This document shows, piece after piece, positions 21,408-32,167 of a stretch of 64,000 bases of DNA (within the stretch, counting starts at the first letter, position 1; each line of letters begins with the position of its first letter). The notes under the pieces were generated by a model, which saw only the letters and a list, made by a program, of their open reading frames with translations, made no database searches and had not been told where the DNA came from. Source of the DNA: Loktanella sp. (lineage in GTDB: Bacteria; Pseudomonadota; Alphaproteobacteria; Rhodobacterales; Rhodobacteraceae); the NCBI GenBank assembly GCA_020201155.1, contig JAIVHI010000167.1:5688-69687 (forward strand), read 5' to 3'. A program made the translations under genes and the position numbers.

Positions 21408-22583
21408 ATGTTCGATGTCGTTGTTGTCGGGGGCGGACCTTCGGGTGCAATCGCCGCAGAGGACCTTGTCAGGTCCGGTCATTCCGTCGCCCTGCTGGAC
21501 CGCGCGGGCCGGATCAAACCCTGCGGCGGGGCCATCCCTCCACGCCTTATTGCGGATTTCGCTATTCCCGACAGCCAGATCGTCGCCAAGGTGAACACCG
21601 CGCGGATGATCTCGCCCACCGGCAGGCAGGTCGATATCCCCATCGAGAACGGCTATGTCGGGATGGTGGATCGCGAACATTTCGACGAATACCTGCGCAC
21701 CCGCGCCACCGACGCAGGTGCGACCCGTATCACCGGCACCTATTTGCGCATCGACCGCAGCGACGGCACCGCCGTGATCTACCGCGACAAGGACACAGGC
21801 GAGGAACGCAGGCTTCCCACCACGCTGATTATTGGCGCGGACGGGGCCCGGTCGAACGTGGCGCGCACGGAAGTGCCCGGCGGCGATACCATTCCCTACG
21901 TCATCGCCTACCACGAGATCATCGAAGCGCCCGCCGCGACCCTTGCCTACGACCCCAAGCGCTGCGACGTCATCTACGACGGTGCGATTTCGCCCGACTT
22001 CTACGGCTGGGTCTTCCCCCACGGGGCGCAGGCCAGCGTCGGCATGGGCACGCAGGTCGCCGGCGTCGACCTCAAGGCGGCAACGGCTGCATTGCGCGCC
22101 GCGTCCGGCCTGACCGACTGCAAGACGATCCGCCGCGAAGGCGCGCCGATCCCGCTCAAGCCGCTGGATCGCTGGGACAACGGACGCGATGTGGTGCTGG
22201 CCGGAGATGCCGCAGGCGTCGTCGCGCCCTCCTCCGGTGAAGGCATCTATTATGCAATGGTCGGGGGCCGCGTCGCCGCCACCGCCGCTGCCGCCTGTCT
22301 CAAAACGGGCCGCGTGTCCGACCTGAAACTCGCGCGCAGCCTGTTCATGCGCGAGCACAAGCAGGTGTTTCGCGTATTGGCCGCGATGCAGAAGGCCTAT
22401 TACCGGTCCGATGACCGCCGCGAGCGCTTCGTGTCGCTCTGCCATGATGTCGACGTGCAGCGTCTGACCTTCGAGGCCTATATGAACAAGAAACTTGTAA
22501 AAGCGCGGCCCATGGCGCACGTCAAGATCGGGCTGAAGAACCTCGCCCATCTGCTGCGTCTGGTGCCTGCCCGCCGCGTATGA
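21408..22583 (+). CDS. bchP: geranylgeranyl diphosphate/bacteriochlorophyllide reductase
   Basis: MFDVVVVGGGPSGAIAAEDL... FAD Rossmann motif, 391 aa. The track merges it into a longer spurious ORF beginning at 20136. Confidence 0.9.
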   Translation: MFDVVVVGGGPSGAIAAEDLVRSGHSVALLDRAGRIKPCGGAIPPRLIADFAIPDSQIVAKVNTARMISPTGRQVDIPIENGYVGMVDREHFDEYLRTRATDAGATRITGTYLRIDRSDGTAVIYRDKDTGEERRLPTTLIIGADGARSNVARTEVPGGDTIPYVIAYHEIIEAPAATLAYDPKRCDVIYDGAISPDFYGWVFPHGAQASVGMGTQVAGVDLKAATAALRAASGLTDCKTIRREGAPIPLKPLDRWDNGRDVVLAGDAAGVVAPSSGEGIYYAMVGGRVAATAAAACLKTGRVSDLKLARSLFMREHKQVFRVLAAMQKAYYRSDDRRERFVSLCHDVDVQRLTFEAYMNKKLVKARPMAHVKIGLKNLAHLLRLVPARRV

Positions 22584-23107
22584 AGGTGATGATCCCCGCT
22601 TGGGTCGGGGACACGCTCGAACCGGTCGAAAAGCTCGAAGTCCACCAGCGCGGCCTTCGACACAAGGCCATTTCCGTCTTCATCATGGCGGGTCGCGACG
22701 TGCTTTTGCAGCAGCGGGCATTGGGAAAATACCATACGCCCGGCCTGTGGACGAACAGCTGCTGCACCCATCCCCATTGGGACGAAGCCCCCCTGACCTG
22801 CGCCCTGCGCCGGATGGAGGAAGAGATGGGGATCACCGGCATCGACCTGTCCTATCGGGGACGGGTCGAATACCGTGCCACGGTCGGAAACGGCCTGATC
22901 GAGCATGAAGTCGTCGATATCTACGTGGGCGAGGCCAGCCATGATCTCGACTTCACCCTCAACCCCGATGAGGTGAAAGACGCGATCTGGATGGACATCG
23001 ATGCGCTGCAGCGCGAGGCGATGCGCCGGCCAGAGCGGTTCACGCCCTGGCTGCACATCTATCTTGAAAATCACCGCGACAAGATCTTCGGGCGCGACGA
23101 CAGCTAA
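22580..23107 (+). CDS. idi: isopentenyl-diphosphate delta-isomerase, type 1 (Nudix)
   Basis: 175 aa (..HQRGLRHKAISVFI.. ..LWTNSCCTHP..). ATGA overlap with bchP. Confidence 0.9.
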   Translation: MKVMIPAWVGDTLEPVEKLEVHQRGLRHKAISVFIMAGRDVLLQQRALGKYHTPGLWTNSCCTHPHWDEAPLTCALRRMEEEMGITGIDLSYRGRVEYRATVGNGLIEHEVVDIYVGEASHDLDFTLNPDEVKDAIWMDIDALQREAMRRPERFTPWLHIYLENHRDKIFGRDDS

Positions 23108-23110
23108 GGC

Positions 23111-25000
23111 TCAGGCCTTGGCGAAGGCGCCCGTCGTCACACCGGCGGCCTGCATGGCGGTGGCGGCGATATCTTCCGCCGTCAGCCCTGCATCCGCATA
23201 CATCGCCGCGGGCGACGCCTGATCGATAAAGCGGTCGGGCAAGGTCATCGTGCGGACGGCCACACCGCCATCCAGCAAACCTTCGTTCGCAAGCATGTGC
23301 AGCACCATCGCGCCAAAGCCACCTTCGGCCCCCGTCTCGACCGTGATCAGCGCTGTGTGCGTCTGCACCAGCTTGCGGATCATCGCCTTGTCCAGCGGCT
23401 TGGCAAAACGGGCGTCGGCCACGGTCGGGGTGATCCCCTGCTCGGCCATCAGATCAGCAGCCGTCAGACATTCGTGCAGGTGCGCCCCTAAAGACAGCAG
23501 GGCCACGCCCTGTCCCTCGCGGATCATGCGGCCCTTGCCGATCTCCAGCACTGTCCCTTTCGTCGGCATTTCGGCGCCAACGCCCTCGCCCCGCGGATAG
23601 CGAAACGCGATGGGGCCGCTATCGTGCGCAGCGGCGGTGGCCACCATATGCACCAGCTCGGCCTCATCGGCCGCGGCCATGACGGTCATGTTCGGCAGGG
23701 CGCACAGATAACCGATATCGAAGGCCCCCGCATGGGTCGCTCCATCAGCGCCCACCAGACCGGCGCGGTCGATCGCAAAGCGCACGGGCAAGTTCTGGAT
23801 CGCCACGTCATGCACGATCTGGTCGTAGCCGCGTTGGAGGAAGGTCGAATAGATCGCGCAGAAGGGTTTAAGCCCGCTGGCCGCCATCCCGGCGGCAAAG
23901 GTCACGCCATGCTGTTCCGCGATGCCCACATCAAACACCCGCTTGGGGTGACGTTTCGCCACGATGTCCAGTCCGGTGCCACCCGGCATCGCCGCGGTGA
24001 CGGCCACGATATCGGGGTCATGATCCGCAAGGTCGGCCAGCGCGTTGCCGAAGACCTTGGTATAGGCGGGCGCATTGGGCAGTGATTTCGCCTGAACGCC
24101 GCTTTCCACATCGAATTTCGACACACCGTGATATTTATCCGCCGCCGCTTCGGCAAAGGAATAGCCCTTGCCCTTTTGCGTGCAGCAATGGATCAGCACC
24201 GGCCCCGTCGCGCGGGTGCGCGCATTGCGCAACGCCGCCAGCAACTGGCCCATGTCGTGCCCGTCGATGGGCCCGTAATACTGGAACCCCATCTGTTCGA
24301 ACAGCGTGCCCTGCCCGCCCGTCACCTGCCCCTTGACCAGCTGGCGTGCGCGGCGCGCATGTTCGCGGATCGGTCCGGGCAGTGCCGCTTCGAAACCTTC
24401 GGCCATCTGCCCCAGACCGGACAGATAACCCGACATCGCACCGACCGGCGGTGCGATCGACATCTCGTTGTCGTTGAGAATGACGAACAACCGGCGGCCT
24501 TCGGCGCCTGCGTTGTTCAGCGCCTCGTAGGCCATGCCCGCGCTGATCGACCCGTCACCGATGACGGCAATCGCGTCGCCTGTCGGCCGGCCCAGATCGT
24601 GACCGACCCGGAACCCCAAAGCCGCCGAGATCGAGGTGCTCGAATGGGCCGCACCGAAGGGGTCATAGGAACTTTCGGCGCGCTTGGTGAACCCGGAAAG
24701 GCCACCCTCTTGCCGCAGTGTCCGCATGCGGTCGCGACGACCCGTCAGGATCTTGTGTGGATAGCACTGGTGGCCCACGTCCCAGATCAGCTTGTCATGA
24801 GGCGTGTCGAAAACCGCATGCAAGGCCACCGTCAATTCCACCACGCCCAGGGACGACCCCAGATGCCCGCCGGTTTCGGAGACGACCGAGATCACTTCCG
24901 CGCGGACCTCGCGGGCCAGCGCGGTCAAGGCCGTGTCGGTCAACTGCCGCACGTCGGCGGGGTCAGTGATCTTGTCCAGAAGGGGTGTGGCAGGGCGCAT
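23111..25000 (-). CDS. dxs: 1-deoxy-D-xylulose-5-phosphate synthase
   Basis: Starts [20 protein letters not shown] (ATG 25000, AAGGAGG upstream). TPP-binding ..[18 protein letters not shown].., 629 aa. Downstream of pufX as in Rhodobacter. Confidence 0.95.
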   Translation of the reverse strand: MRPATPLLDKITDPADVRQLTDTALTALAREVRAEVISVVSETGGHLGSSLGVVELTVALHAVFDTPHDKLIWDVGHQCYPHKILTGRRDRMRTLRQEGGLSGFTKRAESSYDPFGAAHSSTSISAALGFRVGHDLGRPTGDAIAVIGDGSISAGMAYEALNNAGAEGRRLFVILNDNEMSIAPPVGAMSGYLSGLGQMAEGFEAALPGPIREHARRARQLVKGQVTGGQGTLFEQMGFQYYGPIDGHDMGQLLAALRNARTRATGPVLIHCCTQKGKGYSFAEAAADKYHGVSKFDVESGVQAKSLPNAPAYTKVFGNALADLADHDPDIVAVTAAMPGGTGLDIVAKRHPKRVFDVGIAEQHGVTFAAGMAASGLKPFCAIYSTFLQRGYDQIVHDVAIQNLPVRFAIDRAGLVGADGATHAGAFDIGYLCALPNMTVMAAADEAELVHMVATAAAHDSGPIAFRYPRGEGVGAEMPTKGTVLEIGKGRMIREGQGVALLSLGAHLHECLTAADLMAEQGITPTVADARFAKPLDKAMIRKLVQTHTALITVETGAEGGFGAMVLHMLANEGLLDGGVAVRTMTLPDRFIDQASPAAMYADAGLTAEDIAATAMQAAGVTTGAFAKA

Positions 25001-25028
25001 GGGCGGCCTCCTTGGGTTGAATGCAATA

Positions 25029-25057
25029 GCGCCGCGTGAGTGGGTCCCACGCGGCGC
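25029..25057 (-). terminator. strong stem-loop in the puf 3' region / dxs leader
   Basis: GCGCCGCGTG (25029-38) pairs with CACGCGGCGC (25048-57), a perfect 10-bp stem. Further hairpins: TTCCTGT/ACAGGAA at 25061-25079 and GGGGCC-acc-GGCCCC at 25087-25101. Confidence 0.45.
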
Positions 25058-25179
25058 CAGTTCCTGTCGCCAACAGGAAGGGAACTGGGGCCACCGGCCC
25101 CAAGGATCAGTCAGCTCGAGGGGACCCGAAGCCGACCGATAGGGTCGAGGCATGCGAGGGAAATAGCCCCCCGCAGGCC

Positions 25180-25422
25180 TCAGATCAAGCGAGCCTGTTC
25201 CGGCTCGGTCAAAAGCTGCGACAGCGCCGGGTTGGGATCCGGCTGTTCTTTCGATTCCGGCGGCAAGAGCGCGGAAATCCCGATCAGCACCGCATAGGTT
25301 GCCCCAAGGATGACGCAGAGGCCCAGGGCGTACCCGGCCCCCTTTGTCATCAGCGCCAGTGTATCGGCGAATAGCTGGGACTTGGTGTTGCCCGACCGCA
25401 GGAAGTCGTGGTTATTGCTCAT
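25180..25422 (-). CDS. pufX: PufX-like RC-LH1 core complex protein
   Basis: 80 aa directly after pufM, with an AAGGAGAG Shine-Dalgarno. One TM helix. ..[31 protein letters not shown].. parallels R. sphaeroides PufX ..QMMKGAGWAGGVFFG..MLPIQENQAPAPN... Confidence 0.75.
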   Translation of the reverse strand: MSNNHDFLRSGNTKSQLFADTLALMTKGAGYALGLCVILGATYAVLIGISALLPPESKEQPDPNPALSQLLTEPEQARLI

Positions 25423-25433
25423 CTTCACTCTCC

Positions 25434-26357
25434 TTACATCGGCGCGTAGCCGTGGTCCTGCGCCCAGAAATACCAGTTGTCGACCACGGTGCCGGACAGC
25501 AGGATCCCGATACCACCCGTCAGGGTCGTCAGCACGGCGAACCACCAGGCCCAGCGGTGAATCCCTTCCATCGTGGCATTGAAGCCCATCGTCCAGCGCC
25601 AGAACAGGCCGGCGCGTTCGGATGCGGTCCCCCGGTCGACGATCTGTTCGATCTCGCGGTCGCCGCCGTAGCGGCCGACGGCCAGAATGGTCGCCCCGTG
25701 CATCGCGAACAGAACAGCCGACCCGTAGAGGAAGACGATCGAAAGCGCGTGGAACGGATTGTAGAACAGGTTGCCGTGGATGATCGAAAAGAGGTTCGTC
25801 CAGTCAAGGTGCGGGAAGATACCGTAAGGCACCGCCTCGGACCACGACCCCATCAGGATCGGACGGAACAGACCCAGCACGAGGAACAGCCAGATCGCAG
25901 AGGCGAACGCCCATGCCACGTGCTTGCCCATTCCCAGTGCGTCGGCCCGCAGGTAGGTGCGGACCCACCAGCAGATGACGCTGACCAACAGGAAGAAACT
26001 GGCAATCAGAAACCAGCCACCTTCCATCAGCGGTGGGATGCTCAGCCCATAAGAGGGCGCAGGCGGTTCAAGTGCCAGCCAGAACAGTTCGCGCATGAAC
26101 AGCGCGGGGCTGTAATCGACCTGATGCCAGAAGTTCATCCCGACGATGAAGAACCATAGAAAGCCCGTGGCCAGGGAAATGACGCCGAAGGTGCCCAGAT
26201 AGATGGGCCCCAGCTGCGCGTTGCCAAACCAGCCCAGAAGCGTGGACTGTGTGGCCCGGTCGCCCCGGTCCTGCGTTCGCGAGGCATCTTCGACGATGCC
26301 CAACTCCGGCGGTCCCTGAACCTGGACCTGGGTAAAAATGTTTTGATACTCAGCCAT
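25434..26357 (-). CDS. pufM: photosynthetic reaction centre M subunit
   Basis: 307 aa ([20 protein letters not shown]...). Confidence 0.97.
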   Translation of the reverse strand: MAEYQNIFTQVQVQGPPELGIVEDASRTQDRGDRATQSTLLGWFGNAQLGPIYLGTFGVISLATGFLWFFIVGMNFWHQVDYSPALFMRELFWLALEPPAPSYGLSIPPLMEGGWFLIASFFLLVSVICWWVRTYLRADALGMGKHVAWAFASAIWLFLVLGLFRPILMGSWSEAVPYGIFPHLDWTNLFSIIHGNLFYNPFHALSIVFLYGSAVLFAMHGATILAVGRYGGDREIEQIVDRGTASERAGLFWRWTMGFNATMEGIHRWAWWFAVLTTLTGGIGILLSGTVVDNWYFWAQDHGYAPM

Positions 26358-26371
26358 GTCTCATGTCCTCC

Positions 26372-27202
26372 TTAAAGGTCCGCCCACCAGGGCAGTTCCA
26401 GCCACCAGTCCCACCAGACGATCCATTCTTCGAACCAGATGGTACCCGAGATGACGATGCAGATTGCGCTGAAGAAGCCCGCACTCAATGCCAGGAACAG
26501 TCCCAGACGGTGAATGCCGAGCGGCCCGATCGAGTAGCCGATCAAATCGCGGAAATAGGTATCCTCGTGATCGGCGGTCTTGATTATCTGCCCTTTCGGC
26601 GGGTTCACCGTGGACAGGATCAGCGACCCGTGCAGCGCAAGCGCGAAGGCGTTCGTAAAGAAGAACGTGATCGCGATCATGTGGACGGGGTTGTAGTGAA
26701 AGTTCCCGTAGGCATAGCCCACGTTGTTGACCCAATCGAGGTGGCTGAAGATACCGTAGGGAAAGCCGTGCCCCCAGGCGCCCATCAGGACCGGTCGGAT
26801 GATAACGAGCGTGACATAGGCAAAGACCGCGACACTGAAGGCCACGGGCACATGCAGGCCCATGCCCAGCTTGCGGGCGATTTCGACCTGGCGCAGTGTC
26901 CAGCTGACGAAAGCGCCGGTGGCGCAGATCGTGATCAGCTGCCACAACCCGCCTTCGGCGAGCGGCGCAAAGCCAAGTCCCACGTCGAGCGAGGGAGGGT
27001 TGATCGAAATCAACCAGGGGTTCCACGTGTCGCCCAGTGCCGCTCCGTAGAAGATCAGAAGCGTGCCGAGGGCGGCAAAAAAGATCGTGGTGACGCCGAA
27101 AAAGCCGACGAAGAAGGGCCCGACCCAAAAGTCGAAAAGGTCTCCCCCCACCAATGTCCCACCACGGACGCGGTATTTCTTTTCAAAGGTCAGCAGTGCC
27201 AT
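26372..27202 (-). CDS. pufL: photosynthetic reaction centre L subunit
   Basis: Starts [36 protein letters not shown] (ATG 27202, AGGAGG upstream), 276 aa. Confidence 0.97.
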   Translation of the reverse strand: MALLTFEKKYRVRGGTLVGGDLFDFWVGPFFVGFFGVTTIFFAALGTLLIFYGAALGDTWNPWLISINPPSLDVGLGFAPLAEGGLWQLITICATGAFVSWTLRQVEIARKLGMGLHVPVAFSVAVFAYVTLVIIRPVLMGAWGHGFPYGIFSHLDWVNNVGYAYGNFHYNPVHMIAITFFFTNAFALALHGSLILSTVNPPKGQIIKTADHEDTYFRDLIGYSIGPLGIHRLGLFLALSAGFFSAICIVISGTIWFEEWIVWWDWWLELPWWADL

Positions 27203-27262
27203 GGCAGGCCTCCTTGACAGGCGAAGCAACGTGCCGGGATGACACGGGCATTAAATTGTTTT

Positions 27263-27299
27263 GCTGCGGCCGAAAAACGAAACGCTCGTCGCCCGCAGC
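27263..27299 (-). other. pufA-pufL intercistronic stem-loop
   Basis: GCTGCGG (27263-69) pairs with CCGCAGC (27293-99), with a further inner CGA/TCG pairing. This is the position of the mRNA-stabilising hairpins described for Rhodobacter puf transcripts. Confidence 0.4.
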
Positions 27300-27326
27300 T
27301 ATCTTCAGAACCATCCCTCGGGACGA

Positions 27327-27494
27327 TTATTCGGCGACCACTTCGGCACCGAATGCACGTTCGAACCAGTTCGTCTGTGGATTGCTGAGCAGGACGAGGT
27401 GAATCATCACAGCCAGCAGAAACAGAAAGACGCCCTGAGCCACGAACACGCGACGCGGGTCGAAGATGAGCCAGATTTTGTAGAATTGTGCCAT
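27327..27494 (-). CDS. pufA: light-harvesting 1 alpha polypeptide
   Basis: Manual translation: [55 protein letters not shown] (55 aa, below the track cutoff). Conserved His in ..AVMIHLVLL... Confidence 0.9.
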   Translation of the reverse strand: MAQFYKIWLIFDPRRVFVAQGVFLFLLAVMIHLVLLSNPQTNWFERAFGAEVVAE

Positions 27495-27509
27495 TTTTAT
27501 GTGCCCTTC

Positions 27510-27665
27510 TTACCAAGCAAACCAGGGTAACCTGATATAGGTTAAGACGTGCGCAACGACGGCAACCGCCGTAAAAATAGCAAATCCGCTCATGTATACT
27601 GAATGCAGCTCTTGAGCTTGCTCATCAGTGAGACCTGTGAATGACAGGTCGGTCTTGTCAGCCAT
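27510..27665 (-). CDS. pufB: light-harvesting 1 beta polypeptide
   Basis: Manual translation: [51 protein letters not shown] (51 aa), with a GGAGGA Shine-Dalgarno upstream. Confidence 0.9.
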   Translation of the reverse strand: MADKTDLSFTGLTDEQAQELHSVYMSGFAIFTAVAVVAHVLTYIRLPWFAW

Positions 27666-27782
27666 GTTTTTCCTCCGGAAAAAATGACGAGCCGTGGGTG
27701 AAACCCGCGGCCGGGTAAGGACAGGGGCTCATCCCCTGCCCCGATCCACCGCGCGATGGCGGCGAATGAGGTGTCCGGGCTG

Positions 27783-28010
27783 TCATGCCCAGAAAATCTT
27801 TGGCGTCACGATATTGGCCTGTTCCCAGGCCAGGGCCAGAGGCCCCCGATCGGTCGCACGGGTGATCCGCAGCGCGCCCAGCAGCCACATCGCAAGAGCG
27901 ATGGGAACGGCGCAGGCCAGGATCAACGAAAAGTAGAAAAGGTATTCTCCGCTTTTGGCGGCAGTATCGCGCCGCGTTGTCACGGGTGTGTTCAAGGTCA
28001 TGTCGCTCAT
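27783..28010 (-). CDS. pufQ: PufQ
   Basis: 75 aa between bchZ and pufB, one TM helix. ..EYLFYFSLILACAVPIAL.. and the C-terminal ..IVTPKIFWA resemble R. capsulatus PufQ. Confidence 0.8.
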   Translation of the reverse strand: MSDMTLNTPVTTRRDTAAKSGEYLFYFSLILACAVPIALAMWLLGALRITRATDRGPLALAWEQANIVTPKIFWA

Positions 28011-28013
28011 GCG

Positions 28014-29480
28014 TCATCCTTTCTGGGGTTCAGCCCGCGCGTCGAGCGCACGGACGGTTTCACGCGCAACGCGGTCGCAGCCTGCCTCGAGGGCAGAGCG
28101 TTCGGCAGCATCGCGCAGTGTTTTGGCAGCCGAGATCCGGGTCAGAACCGGATGAGTGGCCACGATGTCGTCAAGCAGGCGTTGGGCATCGACATCCCAC
28201 GGCAGATCCCGGCGCAACGGCGTCGGTGTCGCGGGGGTCTCGTCCATCACCGTGCCAAGGGGCAGGATGTGGAACAGCGCATCGAAAAGGCCGTTGCAGA
28301 CCTCCTGCAAAAGATAGGTCGCACCGGCGTAACCCATAAAGGGCGTGCCCGTCGCGCGCCGGATCGCGGCACCCGGAAAGCTCGCCGGGATGAACGTAGG
28401 CGCGGGACCGTGACCGGATTTCAGCTCGGCCAGATACATCTTCTCATTGATCGACCCCATCAGCACCAGCGGCCGCTTTTCGGCCAGCATGCGCCGCACG
28501 GCGTCGTTGTCGGTCTTCTTGCCGGCACAGCGGGCGACGGCAAAGGCGCAGGGCAGACCAAGATCGTCTTCCAGGAACCGGCGGATGCCGCGGGTATAGG
28601 TTTCGTTCGCCACGATGGCGAAAGACGCGGTCGCAAAGAAATCCTGCGTCACCGACCGCCACAGGTCCCAGACGGGCTTGAGCGTCGAATGCTTCTCTTG
28701 CTCGATGAAGGGCTCGGGGTCCAGATCCAGCATCTCGCCCAGCGTGCGCAGGAACTTCGTCGTGGATTCCACACCGATCGGTGCCTGCAGGTAAGGCTTG
28801 GCCAGAACTTCGCACAATCCGCGCCCGAACTCGCGATACATGCAGATGTTCACATCGGCATTTACCAGATCGCGCATCTCGGCCACATGGGCACCCAGCG
28901 GCATCACCATGTTGACTTGCGCCCCGATGCCTTCGACCAGACGCCGGATCTCGGCCAGGTCGGACGGCATGTTGAAGGTGCCGTACATCGGACCCAGGAT
29001 ATTGACGCGGGGGGCGGCCCCCTCTTCGCGCTTGGTCTCCTTGGGCATCCGGCCCTTGGTCATTCCGAACTCGGTAAAGATCCAGGTCATCGCCCGGTCG
29101 GCGGCTTCCCATTGATCCTCGTCGATGGTGCGCGGCAGGAACCGTTGCAGGTTCGTGCCCATCGGCGTCACACCACCACCGATCATCTCGGCGATGGATC
29201 CCGTGACGACAACGGCGGGCAAAGCGGGGTCCAGAACCTTCCAGGCCCGCTTCATCGCACCCTCGGTGCCGTCGCGTCCCAGCTCTTCCTCGCCCAGCCC
29301 GGTCACCACGATCGGCAACTCGTGCGGCGGCAGCGCATCGGTATAGTGGAGCACACTTGTCACCGGCAGGTTCTCGCAGCCCACGGGACCGTCGATCACC
29401 ACCTGCAATCCCTTGACGGCACAGAAGGCATAGACCGCCCCCCAGTATCCGCCCGCGCGGTCATGATCCTGAATCAGCAT
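28014..29480 (-). CDS. bchZ: chlorophyllide a reductase subunit Z
   Basis: 488 aa ([40 protein letters not shown]...). Confidence 0.95.
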   Translation of the reverse strand: MLIQDHDRAGGYWGAVYAFCAVKGLQVVIDGPVGCENLPVTSVLHYTDALPPHELPIVVTGLGEEELGRDGTEGAMKRAWKVLDPALPAVVVTGSIAEMIGGGVTPMGTNLQRFLPRTIDEDQWEAADRAMTWIFTEFGMTKGRMPKETKREEGAAPRVNILGPMYGTFNMPSDLAEIRRLVEGIGAQVNMVMPLGAHVAEMRDLVNADVNICMYREFGRGLCEVLAKPYLQAPIGVESTTKFLRTLGEMLDLDPEPFIEQEKHSTLKPVWDLWRSVTQDFFATASFAIVANETYTRGIRRFLEDDLGLPCAFAVARCAGKKTDNDAVRRMLAEKRPLVLMGSINEKMYLAELKSGHGPAPTFIPASFPGAAIRRATGTPFMGYAGATYLLQEVCNGLFDALFHILPLGTVMDETPATPTPLRRDLPWDVDAQRLLDDIVATHPVLTRISAAKTLRDAAERSALEAGCDRVARETVRALDARAEPQKG

Positions 29481-29494
29481 GAAAGGCTCCCCTG

Positions 29495-29538
29495 CTTCAT
29501 CTCGGCCCGTAAACTCCGGGGTCCGGGGCAGAGCCCCG
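29495..29538 (+). repeat. GC-rich hairpin repeat, copy C (bchY-bchZ spacer)
   Basis: CTTCATCTCGGCCCGTAAACTCCGGGGTCCGGGGCAGAGCCCCG. Same orientation as copy A. Lies within the 103-nt spacer. Confidence 0.8.
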
Positions 29539-29583
29539 AAAGGGGTGGTTGGGCGGGCCCGACCACTGGGATCAAGGCCAGCA

Positions 29584-31173
29584 TCATATCATCTCGGCCG
29601 CTTTTGCGGCCCTCGCCTGTTTTTCCAGCTTCTTGACGTTCAACGCCCGGAACTGCGGCTTGAGGTTCGGAGCACCTTCCCAGACGCCAGCGGTATCTCC
29701 GTGGCCGACACCTTCGAAAAAGGCTTTCATCTTGCCCATCCGTGCGCCGTTGCCGATGGCGGCATTGACGACCTCGGCCAGCGATCCGGCCCCGGCGGGG
29801 CCCATCAGGGGGCGCGCGGAAATCAGGTTGGTGAAGTAAAGCGCCGGAATGCCCATTTCCTTGGACTTCTGGACAATGGGCGTGGTGCCGATCGCCAGAT
29901 CGGGGCGGATCGCCTCGACCACGGCCATGTCATCCTCGAGGCTCGCACGGTATTTCACCCGCACGCCCTTGGCTTCCAGCCAGTCGGCATCGTCCTTGGA
30001 CCAGGGCGTCTTGGGCAGCGCCGTGCCGACATAGGGCACATCCGCGCCGCTTTCGATCAACAGACGCGCAACCAGCAATTCCGAGCCTTCGTAACCCGAT
30101 ACCGTGACGGTCCCGTTGACACGCGCCCCCGCCAGCGCCGCTTCCACGGCGGGCACAAAGGCGTTTTGCGCGGCTGCGATCTGGTCGGACGAGACATTGA
30201 AAACATCGCCGATCGCGGCCAACCAGCTGGCGGTGCCATCGCGACCCACGGGGGCCGATCCGACGACGGGACGGCCTGCGTCCTGAAATTCGCGCACGGC
30301 GGCGGTGTAGAAGGGGTGGATCGCGGCCACGGCACCGCAATCGAGTGCGGCGTAAAGCTCGCGCCATTCACGGGCGGGGACCACCGGTCCGGCGGCAAGG
30401 CCCATCGGGGCCAGCATCGCGCCGATCATCATTGGATCGGCCGGGAACATCTCGCCCAGTAGCGCCACGGACGGACGGTCGGCCTTGCCACCTTCCGGCT
30501 TGGGCACGGGGCCTGCTTCTGCCTCCTTGCGGGCGTAATTCAGCATCGCACCGGCCAGAACGTCCTTGGCCTCGGCGTGGGTCGGAATACCGAAGCCCGG
30601 CACGTCGATGCCCACGACCCGCACGCCGTTGATCTGCTTGGGCAGAAGACGCAGCGGCACACCGGATGCGGTCGGAACACACAGGTTCGTCACGACGATG
30701 GCGTCCAGCTTGTCGGGGTCGGCCATATCATGGACGCTCTCGCGGATGTCCTCGAACAGTTTGCCGGTGACCAGCGATTCAGAGTCGAAGGGAACGTATC
30801 CCACCGATCGGCGCGCGCCGTAGAAATGGCTCACGAAGGTCAGGCCGTAGACGCAACAGGCCGAACCGGACAGAACCGTCGCCACGCGCCGCATCCGCAG
30901 ACCCACACGCAGTGATCCAAAGGCCGGACACATGCTTTGCGGCCGGTCATGCGGACCCACCGGATAATCGGCGGCGAACTTGTCAAGCATCTCGGACTGG
31001 CCCGCCTTGCGGGCCGCGTCCTTCATCGTATCGGTCGACGTGCAACCACCTGAAAGGGCCGTCGCGTCACCGCCTTGCGCCGGGACCTCCGTCGCTGCCG
31101 GTCCCTGCGCAGATTTCACCTGCACCGCACCGTCCGCATCGAAGCCGACTTCATATCCCTCAAGATCAGACAT
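29584..31173 (-). CDS. bchY: chlorophyllide a reductase subunit Y
   Basis: Starts [15 protein letters not shown] (ATG 31173), overlapping the bchX stop by 8 nt; 529 aa. The track ORF adds 150 implausible residues that overlap bchX. Confidence 0.93.
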   Translation of the reverse strand: MSDLEGYEVGFDADGAVQVKSAQGPAATEVPAQGGDATALSGGCTSTDTMKDAARKAGQSEMLDKFAADYPVGPHDRPQSMCPAFGSLRVGLRMRRVATVLSGSACCVYGLTFVSHFYGARRSVGYVPFDSESLVTGKLFEDIRESVHDMADPDKLDAIVVTNLCVPTASGVPLRLLPKQINGVRVVGIDVPGFGIPTHAEAKDVLAGAMLNYARKEAEAGPVPKPEGGKADRPSVALLGEMFPADPMMIGAMLAPMGLAAGPVVPAREWRELYAALDCGAVAAIHPFYTAAVREFQDAGRPVVGSAPVGRDGTASWLAAIGDVFNVSSDQIAAAQNAFVPAVEAALAGARVNGTVTVSGYEGSELLVARLLIESGADVPYVGTALPKTPWSKDDADWLEAKGVRVKYRASLEDDMAVVEAIRPDLAIGTTPIVQKSKEMGIPALYFTNLISARPLMGPAGAGSLAEVVNAAIGNGARMGKMKAFFEGVGHGDTAGVWEGAPNLKPQFRALNVKKLEKQARAAKAAEMI

Positions 31174-32167
31174 CGTCGTAGACAACCTCCAGGCTTTCCT
31201 TCGGGGCCGCGTTCTTGCCGCGCATGTCGAGATCGGTGGCAGGTTCCAGCGTGACACCGGCCCCCGTGTCGGCGCCGTCGAACAGGGCCAGTAGCCCGTC
31301 CTGATCGAGCGCGGTCGGATGCACCGGCGGTGCGGTCGAGACGTTGTCGCCCAGTTCGGCGAACAGCGCGCCCCACTGGCTCTCGGCGGTGCCGACGATC
31401 TGGTAGTTGGCGGATTTCTTGCGCAGGTCATCGTCCTGCGGGATCGAAGCCAGAACCGGAATACCGACCGTTTCGGCAAAGGCCTGCGCCTCGCCCGAAT
31501 GGTCGTCCTTGTTGATGACCAATCCCGCGACACCGACATTGCCGCCCATCTTGCGGAAGTATTCCACCGCAGAGCAGACGTTGTTGGCCACATAAAGCGA
31601 CTGCAGGTCGTTCGACGCGACAAGGATCACCTTTTGCGCCATGTCCCGTGCAATGGGCAGACCGAAGCCGCCGCAGACCACGTCGCCGAGGAAATCCAGC
31701 AGGACATAATCGAAATCCCAGTCGTGAAAGCCCAGCTTTTCAAGCAGCTCGAAGCCGTGAATGATACCGCGTCCACCGCAGCCGCGGCCCACTTCCGGCC
31801 CGCCCAGCTCCATGGCGAAGACGCCGCCGCGCTTGAAGCAGACATCGCCGATCGCGACCTCTTCACCCGCGAGCTTCTTCTTCGACGAGGTTTCGATGAT
31901 CGTCGGGCAGGCCTTACCGCCGAACAACAGCGAGGTCGTGTCGGACTTCGGATCGCAGCCGATCAGCAGCACGCGCTTGCCCTGCTCGGCCATCATGTGG
32001 CTGAGGTTGGCCAGTGTGAACGACTTGCCGATGCCGCCCTTGCCGTAGATCGCGATGATCTGCGTCTTTTTCGTCGGCTCGCCTTGCGGCACTTCCAGCG
32101 TCGGCGCGTTGGCCTCGTCCTTCAGGTTCGCGTCGTAGTCGCGCAGGTTCGGTACATCGAGGCTCAT
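31166..32167 (-). CDS. bchX: chlorophyllide a reductase Fe protein
   Basis: 333 aa with the NifH-like P-loop [17 protein letters not shown]. Confidence 0.95.
   Translation of the reverse strand: MSLDVPNLRDYDANLKDEANAPTLEVPQGEPTKKTQIIAIYGKGGIGKSFTLANLSHMMAEQGKRVLLIGCDPKSDTTSLLFGGKACPTIIETSSKKKLAGEEVAIGDVCFKRGGVFAMELGGPEVGRGCGGRGIIHGFELLEKLGFHDWDFDYVLLDFLGDVVCGGFGLPIARDMAQKVILVASNDLQSLYVANNVCSAVEYFRKMGGNVGVAGLVINKDDHSGEAQAFAETVGIPVLASIPQDDDLRKKSANYQIVGTAESQWGALFAELGDNVSTAPPVHPTALDQDGLLALFDGADTGAGVTLEPATDLDMRGKNAAPKESLEVVYDDV

Noticed and set aside
25001-25179. Possible TPP riboswitch in the dxs leader.
   Set aside because: I could not see the conserved THI-box elements (CUGAGA / ACCUGAUCUGGAU-type). 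dxs is not a known riboswitch target. The hairpins are better explained as puf 3'-end structures.
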